Virus record (IMG/VR): IMGVR_UViG_3300034073_002739
Coordinates: 1-54,439 of that record
Strand: one strand, 5' to 3'
Length of the DNA: 54,439 bases
DNA from: a virus
Taxonomy: Duplodnaviria; Caudoviricetes
The translations under genes and the position numbers were made by a program. Below are positions 23,678 through 34,158 of the stretch, in pieces. Below the pieces are notes generated by a model. It was not told the DNA's origin. It did not search any database and saw nothing but the letters and a program-made list of their open reading frames with translations. Numbering within the stretch: the stretch's first letter is position 1; each line of letters opens with the position of its first letter.

Positions 23678-24245
23678 TTTATACGGTTCAGGAGCACAAA
23701 AGGTATCGCAAACAGTTAGTAAAGCTACTGGCAAGCACTATCCTGTGCAACAGGCACAAGATGATATTGACGCTTACTTTACAAAATTCAATAAACTAAA
23801 AAAGTGGCTAAAATCACGCAAAGAGTTTATTGAACAAAATGGCTTTACTTATTCATTTTTTGGACGCAAACGCAGATTGCCTAATGTGTTCTCTACAGAT
23901 AAGGGGATTGCAGCACACGAAGTTCGTAGCGGAATTAATAGTGAAGTACAAAGTCTAGCAAGCGATATTAATTTGCTAGCAGCAATGGAAACACAACAAG
24001 AAATTAATCGTCTAGGACTAGATGCTAAAATCTTTATGCTAGTACATGACTCTATTGTTGCTCTAGTAAAAGAGCAAGATGTAGATACTTATTGCAAAAT
24101 CCTCAAAACGCAAACACAAACAAATCGTGGTTGTAGTATTCCAGGATCGCCTATTGGTGTAGATCAAGATATTGGGGATGATTATAGTTTTGGAGATTTT
24201 GAGGCAACCTATGAACCTAGCGGAGATAGCTTGGCCCGTATTTAG
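23678..24245 (+). CDS. polA: Family A DNA polymerase, exon 2
   Basis: LYGSG, GRKRRLP, N..VQS.ASD, motif C LVHDS. Confidence 0.93.
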
Positions 24246-24747
24246 GCTAGGAGAACATAAGCCTACTATAGAAAGTGGTGTAATATTCTATAGTAAAGAA
24301 TACTTAGATGTTGAGTCACAAGAATTGCGATTAGGCTTAAGAGTTGTAGATGATAAAAACATTAATAAACCAACTCTTGGCCTTCGTAGACTAGAGCTTA
24401 GAAAAGATCGGAAAGTAAATATGTTTGTAATTAAACGTGCAATATATTTCTTATCCGATCTTATTAAACTAGCCAAACAAACAACATGGTTTATTGATAA
24501 CCATGGACACATATTTCAGTATAAAAAAATAACACGCGCCAAACTTGTTTGCCGACGGATTAAAAAAGTTTTTCCTGCTAGAGACATAGGGTGTATTATT
24601 CAAGTTGAGGGTCTAGATACCAGATTTAAACTACTCAGGCATCCTAATAATGGGGAACAGTATGCCGGAATACTTCAGTGGGGTTTAGGTTATATATTAT
24701 ATGGCCTATATTTAGATCCTTTTAAACCTACGTACAGGCTAATATGA
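24211..24747 (+). CDS. T5-like hypothetical protein (between pol and D10)
   Basis: GAGG RBS; WPVF...LGLRRL...WFID..G..F.Y.K. Confidence 0.75.
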   Translation: MNLAEIAWPVFRLGEHKPTIESGVIFYSKEYLDVESQELRLGLRVVDDKNINKPTLGLRRLELRKDRKVNMFVIKRAIYFLSDLIKLAKQTTWFIDNHGHIFQYKKITRAKLVCRRIKKVFPARDIGCIIQVEGLDTRFKLLRHPNNGEQYAGILQWGLGYILYGLYLDPFKPTYRLI

Positions 24748-26036
24748 AAGCAGTCATAAGCAATAGAATATATCTTAGCGATCCAGGTAAAGAATTAGCA
24801 AAATCTATCATTGATAAACTTACTTATAAGTTTAAAAAAGAAACAGGTAGTAAAAGGTTTGAAGTAGTAGAAACTATAAAAAGCTATAAAATATTGCCAA
24901 AAGGTATTTTAGCTATTCCTCAAGGACGTCAAGAACTTATTCCTGATAACTGGGAAATTGTTGATAAAAGAGTACTAGTGCCTGCTCCTTTTCCCGACCC
25001 TAAATTTCAGCTAAGACCAGAACAACAGGTAGTTATAGATGAAATTACGGATACTTGTTTTATTAATGCCTTGGTAGGTTGGGGTAAAACATTTACCGCA
25101 CTGCATCTTGCCAGAAAACTAGGTCAAAAAACACTAGTAGTTACTCACACAACTGCGTTGCGAGATCAGTGGCGTGAAGAAGTAGAAACTCTATTTGGTA
25201 TGGAAGCTGGCGTAATTGGTGGTGGTCGACTAGATTGGGAAGACCATGCAATTACTATAGCTAATGTGCAAACACTGGTAAAACACTGCGACCAATTAAA
25301 TAAAGAGTTTGGAACAATTATCCTAGACGAAGCACATCACTGTCCAGCCTCAACGTTTACACAAATTATTGACACTTTCTACAGCAGGTTTCGGATTGCC
25401 CTGTCTGGAACAATGCAGCGCAAAGATGGAAAACATGTATTATTTCAAGACTATTTTGGAAATCATGTTATTAAACCACCACAAAGTAATACGCTTGCCC
25501 CAACTATTAGATTAGTTAAACCAGGACTTGTACTAAAACCTGGAGCTACTTGGGTTGAAAAAGTAAATGATTTAGCTAATAATCAAGACTATCAAGAGTT
25601 TATTGCCGCGGTGGCCAAGCATGAAATTAGAGAAGGCCATCAAGTACTTATCATTGCAGACAGAGTGGAGTTTTTACGAAATGTCAAAGAATACATCGGA
25701 GAAAACTGTGTGTTGGTTACTGGCGAAACCGGGTTCGATGAACGCCAACAAGTCAAAGAACAACTTCTCCGCCGAGAAAAAATGTCGATTGCTGGTAGCA
25801 GACAAATATTTTCAGAAGGAATCTCAATCAATTCCCTCTCGTGTGTTATCTTAGCAATACCTATGAATAATGATAGCTTACTAGAGCAAGTTATTGGCAG
25901 GATTCAACGACAACATCCGGGCAAATTAAATCCTCTAGTTATTGATATGCAATTTTCGGGCTGGGCGGATAAGAAACAAAATACTAGTCGCCTAGGGTTT
26001 TATATGCGAAAAGGCTGGAATATAGAGACGGTTTAA
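24744..26036 (+). CDS. D10: SF2 DEAD/H helicase, T5 D10-like
   Basis: GWGKT, DEAHH, LSGT, EQVIGRIQR. Confidence 0.92.
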   Translation: MKAVISNRIYLSDPGKELAKSIIDKLTYKFKKETGSKRFEVVETIKSYKILPKGILAIPQGRQELIPDNWEIVDKRVLVPAPFPDPKFQLRPEQQVVIDEITDTCFINALVGWGKTFTALHLARKLGQKTLVVTHTTALRDQWREEVETLFGMEAGVIGGGRLDWEDHAITIANVQTLVKHCDQLNKEFGTIILDEAHHCPASTFTQIIDTFYSRFRIALSGTMQRKDGKHVLFQDYFGNHVIKPPQSNTLAPTIRLVKPGLVLKPGATWVEKVNDLANNQDYQEFIAAVAKHEIREGHQVLIIADRVEFLRNVKEYIGENCVLVTGETGFDERQQVKEQLLRREKMSIAGSRQIFSEGISINSLSCVILAIPMNNDSLLEQVIGRIQRQHPGKLNPLVIDMQFSGWADKKQNTSRLGFYMRKGWNIETV

Positions 26037-26046
26037 AATTTTTGAC

Positions 26047-26075
26047 TTGAAAAATATTCTTAGCTATGATATAAT
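26047..26075 (+). promoter_or_regulatory. Sigma70-type promoter
   Basis: TTGAAA-17-TATAAT with TG extension. Confidence 0.75.
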
Positions 26076-26092
26076 ATAGTTTGAGTTTGAAA

Positions 26093-26503
26093 ATGATATT
26101 TTTCTTTAATCTAAACATACTGGAGTCTCAAACTAACAATGACCCAAAACATTTAGTTGAAGTACTTAAAAAAGCGTGGCAGGGAAGAACAATTCCTAAA
26201 AATATCAAAGAAAAGTACAAACCAATACCTCAAGTAATTCCTGGGACTAGTTTTTTAGTAAATCCTAAAGCACTGTTCTTAGATCGTACAACTCAAATAG
26301 TACATAAAGCTCAATATATAAGATTAGCTGGACGCAGAAACTATTTACTGTATAAACTAAAACTGCAAACCTATCTTGACTTAACGCTATACCCAGACCT
26401 AAACTTAGAGATTATAAAACACAATCCGCTTTTAACAATACAAAAAAACAATTTACGATTTAAATACGAGGAAAACAATGGCACTCTCATTCAAGCAAAC
26501 TAA
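26093..26503 (+). CDS. T5-like hypothetical protein
   Basis: G.SFLVNP...YIRLAGRRNY...HNPLL; between D10 and D11. Confidence 0.72.
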   Translation: MIFFFNLNILESQTNNDPKHLVEVLKKAWQGRTIPKNIKEKYKPIPQVIPGTSFLVNPKALFLDRTTQIVHKAQYIRLAGRRNYLLYKLKLQTYLDLTLYPDLNLEIIKHNPLLTIQKNNLRFKYEENNGTLIQAN

Positions 26504-27122
26504 AGGCAAAGCCCAAAAATCTAGCGTAGAATCCTATGAGTACAAAGATGGCGAAAATACAGTAAGGTTAATTGGCGGAGTTTTGCCTCGATATGTTTAC
26601 TGGGTAAAAGGCACTAATAACAAAGATATTCCTATCGAATGCTTGGCATTTAGTCGAGATAAAGAAAAATTTGACAATCTTGAAAAAGATTGGGTTCCTG
26701 AATTTTATCCTGATCTTAAGTGCTCGTGGAGTTATGCAGTTAATTGCATTGATTCCAGAGACGGAAAAGTTAAAGTACTCAATCTTAAAAAGAAACTATT
26801 TGAACAAATCTTGACAGCAGCAGAAGATTTAGGTGATCCTACTGATTACGATACTGGTTGGGATGTAGTATTCAAGCGTAATAAAACTGGCCCACTACCT
26901 TTTAATGTTGAATACACTCTGCAAGTCTTGCGATGCAAAGTTCGCAAACTCACAGATCAAGAGCGAGAACTGGCTGATAAAGCACAAAGTATTGATGACA
27001 AATATGCTCGTCCTACACCAGACGAAGTTAAAGCTCTTCTAGATAAGCTCCAACAAGGTCTAGATGAAGAAAATTCTGATCAAACAGAAGCTGAACGCGA
27101 AGCAGTTAAAGACCTAGCATAA
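26478..27122 (+). CDS. D11: T5 D11-like (putative ssDNA-binding) protein
   Basis: DGENTVRL.G.VLPRYVYW...GDPTD.DTGWD; acidic C-terminus; synteny. Confidence 0.8.
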   Translation: MALSFKQTKGKAQKSSVESYEYKDGENTVRLIGGVLPRYVYWVKGTNNKDIPIECLAFSRDKEKFDNLEKDWVPEFYPDLKCSWSYAVNCIDSRDGKVKVLNLKKKLFEQILTAAEDLGDPTDYDTGWDVVFKRNKTGPLPFNVEYTLQVLRCKVRKLTDQERELADKAQSIDDKYARPTPDEVKALLDKLQQGLDEENSDQTEAEREAVKDLA

Positions 27123-27128
27123 CAAAAT

Positions 27129-27162
27129 GCCTGCTAAATCTTAGGATTTAGCAGGCTATTTT
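27129..27162 (+). terminator. Intrinsic terminator
   Basis: GCCTGCTAAATC/GATTTAGCAGGC + TATTTT. Confidence 0.7.
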
Positions 27163-27173
27163 ATCAGGACATT

Positions 27174-28142
27174 ATGAAATTATTATTTACAGCTGATATA
27201 CACATTAAGCTAGGTCAGAAAAATGTTCCTGTAGACTGGGCTACAAATAGGTTTCAACTATTTATAACTCAGTTTCAAGAAATGCAAAAACAAGCAGATA
27301 TAATTATTATAGGCGGCGATGTTTTTGACAGGCTACCAAGTATGGATGAGCTTGAGCTATACTTTGATTTTGTAGCTAGTTTGACTAAACCTAGTATTAT
27401 TTATAGTGGTAATCATGAAATGTTAAAAAAGGATACAACCTTTTTAACATATCTTAAACGAGCCACTCACAGACAGAATCCCTTAGTTAGTATTCATGAC
27501 GACTATTTTAGTCAACTACTAGGTGGTCTTGTAGATATTATTCCCTACAATAAACTAAAAGATTTTCAGGATACATACACTCAACAACAATTTAAGGGAC
27601 GGATACTCTGTACTCATATTAGAGGAGATATTCCTCCTCATGTTAAAGCAGAAATTGATTTAAATTTACTTAATCGCTGGGATGTAGTTTTAGCAGGAGA
27701 TTTACATAGCTATGAGAATTCACAACGTAATATACTTTATCCTGGGAGTCCTTATACTACTAGCTTTCATCGTTCTAGCGTTAGAACAGGATGTATCCTA
27801 CTGGACGTATCCACTTTGGAGCATAAGTGGCTAGAGTTTGACCTACCGCAACTTATTAAGCGAACTGTAGGCGTTAATGACCCTAAACCGCAGACCTACC
27901 CTGATCACACAATTTATGAGATTGAGGGTAACCTACACGAACTAGGGCAACTAGAAGATTCGGAACTTATTGACAAAAAAGTTGTTAAACGAGCTCAAGA
28001 TACTCAACTTATCTTAGACCCTAATATGACTATAGCTGAAGAAGTCCGAGAGTATTTAACTTATATATTAAATCTTCCTGATGAAACCATTCAGCTAGTA
28101 TTAAAGGAATTATATGACAATACAGAAAAACTTGGACTTTAA
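27174..28142 (+). CDS. D12: SbcD/Mre11-like nuclease, T5 D12
   Basis: ADIH, GGDVFD, GNHE, GDLH, YPGSP. Confidence 0.9.
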   Translation: MKLLFTADIHIKLGQKNVPVDWATNRFQLFITQFQEMQKQADIIIIGGDVFDRLPSMDELELYFDFVASLTKPSIIYSGNHEMLKKDTTFLTYLKRATHRQNPLVSIHDDYFSQLLGGLVDIIPYNKLKDFQDTYTQQQFKGRILCTHIRGDIPPHVKAEIDLNLLNRWDVVLAGDLHSYENSQRNILYPGSPYTTSFHRSSVRTGCILLDVSTLEHKWLEFDLPQLIKRTVGVNDPKPQTYPDHTIYEIEGNLHELGQLEDSELIDKKVVKRAQDTQLILDPNMTIAEEVREYLTYILNLPDETIQLVLKELYDNTEKLGL

Positions 28143-28389
28143 AAATGTTGTAGTATGGTCTCAAGCTAATTGTTCTGCGTGCGAAACTGCTAAAAAGTTG
28201 CTTAGTCAATTAAACATTGCTTATACTGTTAAAATGCTGGATAGCGTAGAGACTAAACAAGTATTTTTTCATATTTTTCCAGGCGCTCGTAGCGTACCAC
28301 AAATTACTATTGATGGTAAATGGATTGGTGGCCTTCAAGAACTAAAGACATATTTAAATGATAATTCTAAAGCACTTAAAGTGGTCTAA
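28114..28389 (+). CDS. Glutaredoxin
   Basis: CSAC, SVPQI, IGG. Confidence 0.88.
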   Translation: MTIQKNLDFKNVVVWSQANCSACETAKKLLSQLNIAYTVKMLDSVETKQVFFHIFPGARSVPQITIDGKWIGGLQELKTYLNDNSKALKVV

Positions 28390-30154
28390 CTGTTTTAGCT
28401 ATGGCCCAAATAATCAAATAGATTTTACGCGAGCTCCACTTACTCAGCTTGTGGGTAAAAATGGTCATGGTAAAAGCTCTATAGCACTTATTCTTGAGGA
28501 AGTTCTCTACAACAAGAACTCTAAGGGTATCAAAAAAGCTGATATTTTAAATCGCTATATCAAAGACAACTGGTACTCAATAGAGCTAGAGTTTGAAAAG
28601 AATTCAGAATCCTATAAAATTGAGACTCGTCGTAGTAGTACTCAAACAGTTAAATTCTCAAAGAACTCTCAAGATATTAGTGCACATACAGCAACAGCTA
28701 CTTATAAAATGATTGAGTCTGTTATTGGCATTGATCATAAAACATTTGCACAAATTGTTTATCAGTCAAATGCTAATAGCCTAGAGTTTTTAACCAGTGC
28801 GGATACTGCTAGAAAAAAGTTCTTGATTGAATTACTCAATCTGGGGACTTATACCAGGACTGGTGAAGAATTTAAAAAACTCTATCATGAGCTTGAGGTC
28901 TTAGCTAGTGGGGCCGAATCTAAGGTTAAAACAATTGAAACTTGGATACAAAAGTATCAAAATCAAAACCTAGACGAAAAATTTACAGAACTTGTTCCAC
29001 AATTAGATGAATCTTTGATTGTTCAACTAGACAGAACACAACAAGATTTGTTAACAATTGCACAACAAAATAAACGTATTAATCAAAATAATACTTATAA
29101 AGAACTACAATCAAAACTTAAAGTATTTCCTAAAGTAGATAAGCCAGAAGATAATTCATCTGAGTTAGTAGCTAAAAAAGCAGAATATACTAAAGCTATA
29201 CAAGACGCTAATAAGTTTATTAAAAAACTTCAAGGACTGGGGCATAGTTGTCCTACTTGCGAACAACCTATTAATCAAACAAAAACACAAGAACTCTTAG
29301 ACGAACAACGATCAATAGTTACGACTAGTACTGAATTTTTAAATAGTGTTCAAGCGTCTATTGACACACTAAATACGGCAATTTCTACTTGGCAACAAGC
29401 AGTAAAGTCTCAAGAAGAATGGGAAAAATATTATCAACTTATTGATACAGAACTACCCACAGAACTGTTAAATCAAGAGGATCTTAAATCCCAAGTACTA
29501 GACTTAGAAAAAGAAATCACTAAACAACGAAAAGCAATTCAAGAAGCAGAAAAGCATAATAGTTTAGTCATAGATCATAACAATCGAGTTAAGCTAATTA
29601 AGTCGCAACTAGAAGAAATGAACCAAGAACTCAATACTTGGCAAACAAATCTCAAAGACTTGCAAACCAGATTAAATACAGTAGGTATTTTAGTAAAAAC
29701 CTTTAGCACAACTGGTTTAGTAGCTTATAAGATTGAAAACTTAGTCAAAGACTTAGAGCAAATAGCAAATGAGTATCTTGAAGAACTAAGCAGTGGTAGA
29801 TTTCAACTTACGTTTGAGATTTCAGGAAATGATAAATTAAATGTAATTATTGTTGATAACGGTAGAAATATTGATATTCAAGCACTAAGCGGTGGAGAGC
29901 GTGCTAGAGTTAATGTTGCTGCACTCCTAGCTATTCGTAGACTAATGCAAAGTTTATCCCAAAACAGGGTAAATTTACTAGTCTTAGACGAAACTATTGA
30001 AACCCTAGATGTCGAAGGCAAAGAAAAACTAGTAGAAGTCTTGTTAAAAGAAGTGGACTTAAATACTCTATTAGTATCTCACGGCTTTACCCATCCCCTA
30101 GTAGAAAAAGTTCAGGTAGTAAAACGAAAAAACATTTCCACAGTTGAGGACTAA
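28358..30154 (+). CDS. D13: SbcC/Rad50-like ATPase, T5 D13
   Basis: GKNGHGKS, CPTC Zn hook, LSGGE, LVLDE. Confidence 0.93.
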   Translation: MIILKHLKWSNCFSYGPNNQIDFTRAPLTQLVGKNGHGKSSIALILEEVLYNKNSKGIKKADILNRYIKDNWYSIELEFEKNSESYKIETRRSSTQTVKFSKNSQDISAHTATATYKMIESVIGIDHKTFAQIVYQSNANSLEFLTSADTARKKFLIELLNLGTYTRTGEEFKKLYHELEVLASGAESKVKTIETWIQKYQNQNLDEKFTELVPQLDESLIVQLDRTQQDLLTIAQQNKRINQNNTYKELQSKLKVFPKVDKPEDNSSELVAKKAEYTKAIQDANKFIKKLQGLGHSCPTCEQPINQTKTQELLDEQRSIVTTSTEFLNSVQASIDTLNTAISTWQQAVKSQEEWEKYYQLIDTELPTELLNQEDLKSQVLDLEKEITKQRKAIQEAEKHNSLVIDHNNRVKLIKSQLEEMNQELNTWQTNLKDLQTRLNTVGILVKTFSTTGLVAYKIENLVKDLEQIANEYLEELSSGRFQLTFEISGNDKLNVIIVDNGRNIDIQALSGGERARVNVAALLAIRRLMQSLSQNRVNLLVLDETIETLDVEGKEKLVEVLLKEVDLNTLLVSHGFTHPLVEKVQVVKRKNISTVED

Positions 30155-30805
30155 ATGTTAGAAACTATATGCGAAATATTTAAAGAAGCCTATACCAGAG
30201 GCTGGGTAACTGCCAGAGATGGAAATGCTAGTGTTAGGTATCGAGAACAAAAACACTTTTATGTAACCCCTAAAGGTTTACGAAAACAAACACTTCAACC
30301 AGATCAGTTTAAAAAGCTAGAAATTGTAACTGGAATAAGAAGTGGCAATTTAGGGCCGGATATGTTTTGGTATGATTATCAAGACATGGAGTATACCAAA
30401 CTAAGTAAAAACTTAGAGCCAACTGGTGAAATTCCTATGCACTTTCAGTTACAACGAGAAATTGATACTGATGTTAGAGTAGTCTTACATCTACACCCTA
30501 CTTATACAAATGCTGCAATGTATCGTGGAATCAATCTACAAAACCTCGTAGATGAATTTCCTGAGTTAAGTAGGTATACCAGTGTTGGACCTACTGTACC
30601 AGCTTGGATGCCTCTTACACAAGAACTAGCAGATGGCTGTGTAAAAAACCTTGGTTTAGAACAAGATGGAAGTTTAGGGTATAATATTGTTGGTATGGAT
30701 CGTCATGGTGTAGTTGCAGTAGATACTAGTCCTTGGCGCGCTTTTGAGCATATTGAACGTCTTGAACATATCTGTAAAATAGTTATCTTAGGCGGAGGTA
30801 CTTAG
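30155..30805 (+). CDS. Class II aldolase/adducin family protein
   Basis: DGNASVR, TP.G, PTGE.PMH, LHLHP, HGVV. Confidence 0.85.
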   Translation: MLETICEIFKEAYTRGWVTARDGNASVRYREQKHFYVTPKGLRKQTLQPDQFKKLEIVTGIRSGNLGPDMFWYDYQDMEYTKLSKNLEPTGEIPMHFQLQREIDTDVRVVLHLHPTYTNAAMYRGINLQNLVDEFPELSRYTSVGPTVPAWMPLTQELADGCVKNLGLEQDGSLGYNIVGMDRHGVVAVDTSPWRAFEHIERLEHICKIVILGGGT

Positions 30806-30984
30806 TGAAAAGAAAACCCCGACCCAAAATCGTTAAAGGCCGTCACACTACATTTGTACATAATCCTGATGGAACTGTAGAGATGATAACAGATTGGGAT
30901 CTTTTAGCTAAAGAAGTTAAGGATGCCATAAAAATGTCGGAAAAGTCTAATAAGCCCGTAAAGACTAAATCCACTAAACTCTAG
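30805..30984 (+). CDS. Small hypothetical protein (59 aa)
   Basis: GGAGG RBS, GTG start, coupled to both neighbours. Confidence 0.55.
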   Translation: MKRKPRPKIVKGRHTTFVHNPDGTVEMITDWDLLAKEVKDAIKMSEKSNKPVKTKSTKL

Positions 30985-31436
30985 TGGTAGATAGTAGACA
31001 AAAAGGCGCAAGAACCGAGCTAAAAGTCAGGGACTTACTTAGAGAGTGTACTGATTTAATGTGGGAACGAGTGCCAGCAAGTGGTGCCTTAGATGAAAAA
31101 CATGGGCTAAAAGGTGATTTATATGTTCCGGGCGAAAAGAACTTGTTCTGCGTAGAAGTAAAAGGTTACGCAGAAGATCACCTTACTAGCCACATACTAA
31201 CAAGTAAAAGTCCTACGCTACTAGACTGGTGGCAACAAACTTTACGACAAGCTAAACAAATTAATAAACTGCCACTATTGTTTTTTAAATTTGATCGTAG
31301 TAAAATATTTGTAGCATTTAGCAATATGCCTAATGATTCGTATCCTTACGTATTTGTAAACAGAGACGGATATGAGTTTTATGTTAGCTTAGCTGAAGAT
31401 TGGTTACAAAATGAAAGCATAGAATTTATAACTTGA
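30984..31436 (+). CDS. D14: T5 D14-like Holliday-junction resolvase (PD-(D/E)xK)
   Basis: SRQKGAR.E...RVPASGA...GD...VEVK. Confidence 0.82.
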   Translation: MVDSRQKGARTELKVRDLLRECTDLMWERVPASGALDEKHGLKGDLYVPGEKNLFCVEVKGYAEDHLTSHILTSKSPTLLDWWQQTLRQAKQINKLPLLFFKFDRSKIFVAFSNMPNDSYPYVFVNRDGYEFYVSLAEDWLQNESIEFIT

Positions 31437-31461
31437 CAATTATAGCGATTTAGGGTATAAT
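31433..31461 (+). promoter_or_regulatory. Consensus sigma70 promoter
   Basis: TTGACA-17-TATAAT. Confidence 0.88.
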
Positions 31462-31489
31462 ATATTATCCTGACTAAATAAATGAAATT

Positions 31490-32332
31490 ATGAGTAAAAC
31501 ATTTCAACAAGTTCAAGAGCAAGAAAACGTATTAATGATTGTAGATGCCTTGAACTTAGCTTTTCGTTGGAAGCATTCAGGCAGTACAGATTTCTACGAA
31601 GATTATTTAAATACTATTAATAGTCTCAAGAAAAGCTATAAAGCTCGCTGGGTTGTGGTAGCAGCAGATCAAGGCAGCTCAAGCTACAGAAAAGAAATTT
31701 TTCCTGAGTACAAACAAAACAGAAAAGATAAGTTTGCTGAACAAACTGAACTAGAACAAGCAGCATTTGAAAAATTCTTTGAAGATTATCAAGCTAGTCT
31801 AGATTGGATTCGTACTAAAACCGACTATCCAGTTATTCAATTTAAACAAACAGAAGCAGACGATATTGCTGCATATATTGCTAGTACGGCTCAAAAATAT
31901 TTTATTGACCATACTTGGCTAATTAGTAGTGATAAAGACTGGGATCTTTTAGTTGATAAAAATACTAGTAGATTCAGCTACGTTACCCGTAAAGAAGTTA
32001 CAGCTAACAACTGGCATACACACTATGAGTTTCCTCAGGAAAGCTATATCAGCATTAAGTGCTTAATGGGAGATAGTGGTGACGGTATTCCTGGTGTTGA
32101 GGGTATTGGGCCTAAACGAGCCACCCTGCTTGTTGAAGAATACGGCACAGCTTTAGATATAGTTGCAAACCTACCTATTCAAAGTAAACTAAAGTATATT
32201 AAAACCTTGAATGAACAAGGTGATAGAATTATGCTAAACTATCAACTTATGGATTTAGTTACTTTTTGCAGAGACGCACTAGGCGAAAATACTAAACAAA
32301 TTGACGAAACCTTAAATAACTATATTGTATAA
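31490..32332 (+). CDS. D15: Flap endonuclease / 5'-3' exonuclease, T5 D15
   Basis: IVDALNLAFR, YRK...EYK.NR, EADD, SSDKD, GDSGD.IPGVEGIG.K. Confidence 0.94.
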   Translation: MSKTFQQVQEQENVLMIVDALNLAFRWKHSGSTDFYEDYLNTINSLKKSYKARWVVVAADQGSSSYRKEIFPEYKQNRKDKFAEQTELEQAAFEKFFEDYQASLDWIRTKTDYPVIQFKQTEADDIAAYIASTAQKYFIDHTWLISSDKDWDLLVDKNTSRFSYVTRKEVTANNWHTHYEFPQESYISIKCLMGDSGDGIPGVEGIGPKRATLLVEEYGTALDIVANLPIQSKLKYIKTLNEQGDRIMLNYQLMDLVTFCRDALGENTKQIDETLNNYIV

Positions 32333-32334
32333 TT

Positions 32335-32805
32335 ATGTTTATTAATATTAATCGCGATTACGACCACAATACCGATCAAAAAATCAAACAAGTTATTAAC
32401 TGCCGGGTAGACGATCCGGCATTTTTACCTGTTCGCGCACATCCTAGAGACGCCGGAGCTGATCTCAAAAGTACCGAAACTATTGACTTGTATCCCAACG
32501 AACAAAAATTGATTGATACTGGTGTAGCGGTAAAAATTCCGGAGGGCTATGCCGGGTTCGTATTTAACAGATCCAGTCAAGGAAAATTGGGAATTATTCT
32601 GCCCCATTCAGTTGGAGTTATAGATAGTGATTATCGTGGCAATATCAAAGTGCCACTAAAAAATATCAGCGACAGCCCTTATAAAATTCAGCGTGGCGAT
32701 AGAATTGCTCAACTAGTAATTGTTCCAGTTCTGTTAGCCGAATTTGTAGATGCTTGGAATGATACAGAACGTGGAACAGGCGGGTTTGGAAGCACAGGAC
32801 GATGA
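32335..32805 (+). CDS. dut: dUTPase
   Basis: AGADL, RSS, GVIDSDYRG, RIAQL, RG.GGFGSTG. Confidence 0.96.
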   Translation: MFININRDYDHNTDQKIKQVINCRVDDPAFLPVRAHPRDAGADLKSTETIDLYPNEQKLIDTGVAVKIPEGYAGFVFNRSSQGKLGIILPHSVGVIDSDYRGNIKVPLKNISDSPYKIQRGDRIAQLVIVPVLLAEFVDAWNDTERGTGGFGSTGR

Positions 32806-32836
32806 AAATAGGATTTAAAATTAAACAAGGAGTATC

Positions 32837-33187
32837 ATGACAAGTACAAGAGCACAAGTAATTACTAGACGAACTTATAATCGACCCATCTCAGACGATG
32901 GAAAACAATTTGAAACTTGGCAGGATACTGTTAGCCGAGTTATTAGTCATCAGGCCTGGCTTTGGCAACGTGCCTTAGGCAGAGATTTAGGTGTAAAACA
33001 ATATTTAGAACTTGAACAGCTTGAACAGCTAATGTTAGAGCGTAAAGTATCTATGAGTGGTCGTACACTCTGGCTAGGTGGTACTCAAGTAGCTAAAACC
33101 AGAGAAGCCTCTCAATTTAACTGCTCATTTACAGAAGTAGAAACTGTTTATGATATAGTTGATGTGCTTTGGCTTCTACTGCAGGGT
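32837..33187 (+). CDS. nrdJ: Class II (AdoCbl-dependent) ribonucleotide reductase, exon 1 (spliced product 653 aa)
   Basis: RRTYNR, ETW, SGRTLW.GG, QFNCSF, LLLQG. Confidence 0.9.
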
Positions 33188-34158
33188 AAACCGGCTGCTG
33201 CCCTGCATTAAAATAAAGAGTATTAATTGCTGGAAACTCCTTAGAGCTTACTTACTACAACGCAGCCTGGAAAGGCATACGTGAAAGTTTAAAAAAAGTA
33301 AGATTGGACAATCAGCAGCCTTAGACTAGTAGGTCAAAAGGTTCAACGACTAAACATATACAGAATAGAGGAAGGTTATGTACAACCAGTCCCGAAATCA
33401 AGCAGAAGTTAAGGGTGCACTATACGGAACACTATTGGGAGATAGTACCGTAACTAATAGAAATGAGTTTTCCTGTGAACAAATATCAGAAAACTTAATA
33501 AAATATAAAGGAGCAATTTTAGAAAATATTGCTCCAGATATGAAAGTTTATTATCATACTAGAGATAGAGGTAGTAAACAAACAATAAATAATAAAGAAT
33601 ATAATAGAAATATATCTTATGTTGTACAAACAAATCAACATAAGTATTTTGAAAATTATAGACAGGCATTATATAATACAGGAACAAAACAAGTAACTAA
33701 AGATATTTTAAAATATCTAACTCCAGAAGGCCTAGCTCTATGGTTCATGGATGACGGTTACTTAGATTATAAACCTTCTAATAATACAAGAAATCTAAGA
33801 ATTTGTACCGATTCTTTTGATGAGCTTAGTATTAAAAATATAATGCAATATTTTAATGATACTTGGCATATACAAACTAAACTGTATATGCATAATGCAG
33901 GGTACGGTCGTCAACCAAAACCCAGAGTATCATTTAATCCAGAAAATGCACAAAAATTTATAGTATTAGTACATAAGTACTTTCTCCCAGAATTTTACTA
34001 TAAAATAAATCTTCACTATAGCGAAAAAACATTAAATAGTAAACGCTGTAGTAAGCCTTATATTACTGCTGTAGAGTATATGTTACAACGTACTCCTTCT
34101 TTAAATAAAGAAGATGATATAGTCTGATCTATATGGAAACATATAGTTAACATAAATG
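33188..34158 (+). mobile_element. Group I intron in nrdJ
   Basis: P1 GCAGGGT/GCCCTGC; core AATTGCTGGAA, AATCAGCAG, TTCAACGACTA, GATATAGTCT; terminal G 34158; splicing restores LLQGCGVGF. Confidence 0.9.
33378..34127 (+). CDS. Intron-encoded LAGLIDADG (type 2) homing endonuclease
   Basis: LYGTLLGDS and LTP.GLALWFMDDG, ICTDSF; GAGGA RBS. Confidence 0.9.
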   Translation: MYNQSRNQAEVKGALYGTLLGDSTVTNRNEFSCEQISENLIKYKGAILENIAPDMKVYYHTRDRGSKQTINNKEYNRNISYVVQTNQHKYFENYRQALYNTGTKQVTKDILKYLTPEGLALWFMDDGYLDYKPSNNTRNLRICTDSFDELSIKNIMQYFNDTWHIQTKLYMHNAGYGRQPKPRVSFNPENAQKFIVLVHKYFLPEFYYKINLHYSEKTLNSKRCSKPYITAVEYMLQRTPSLNKEDDIV

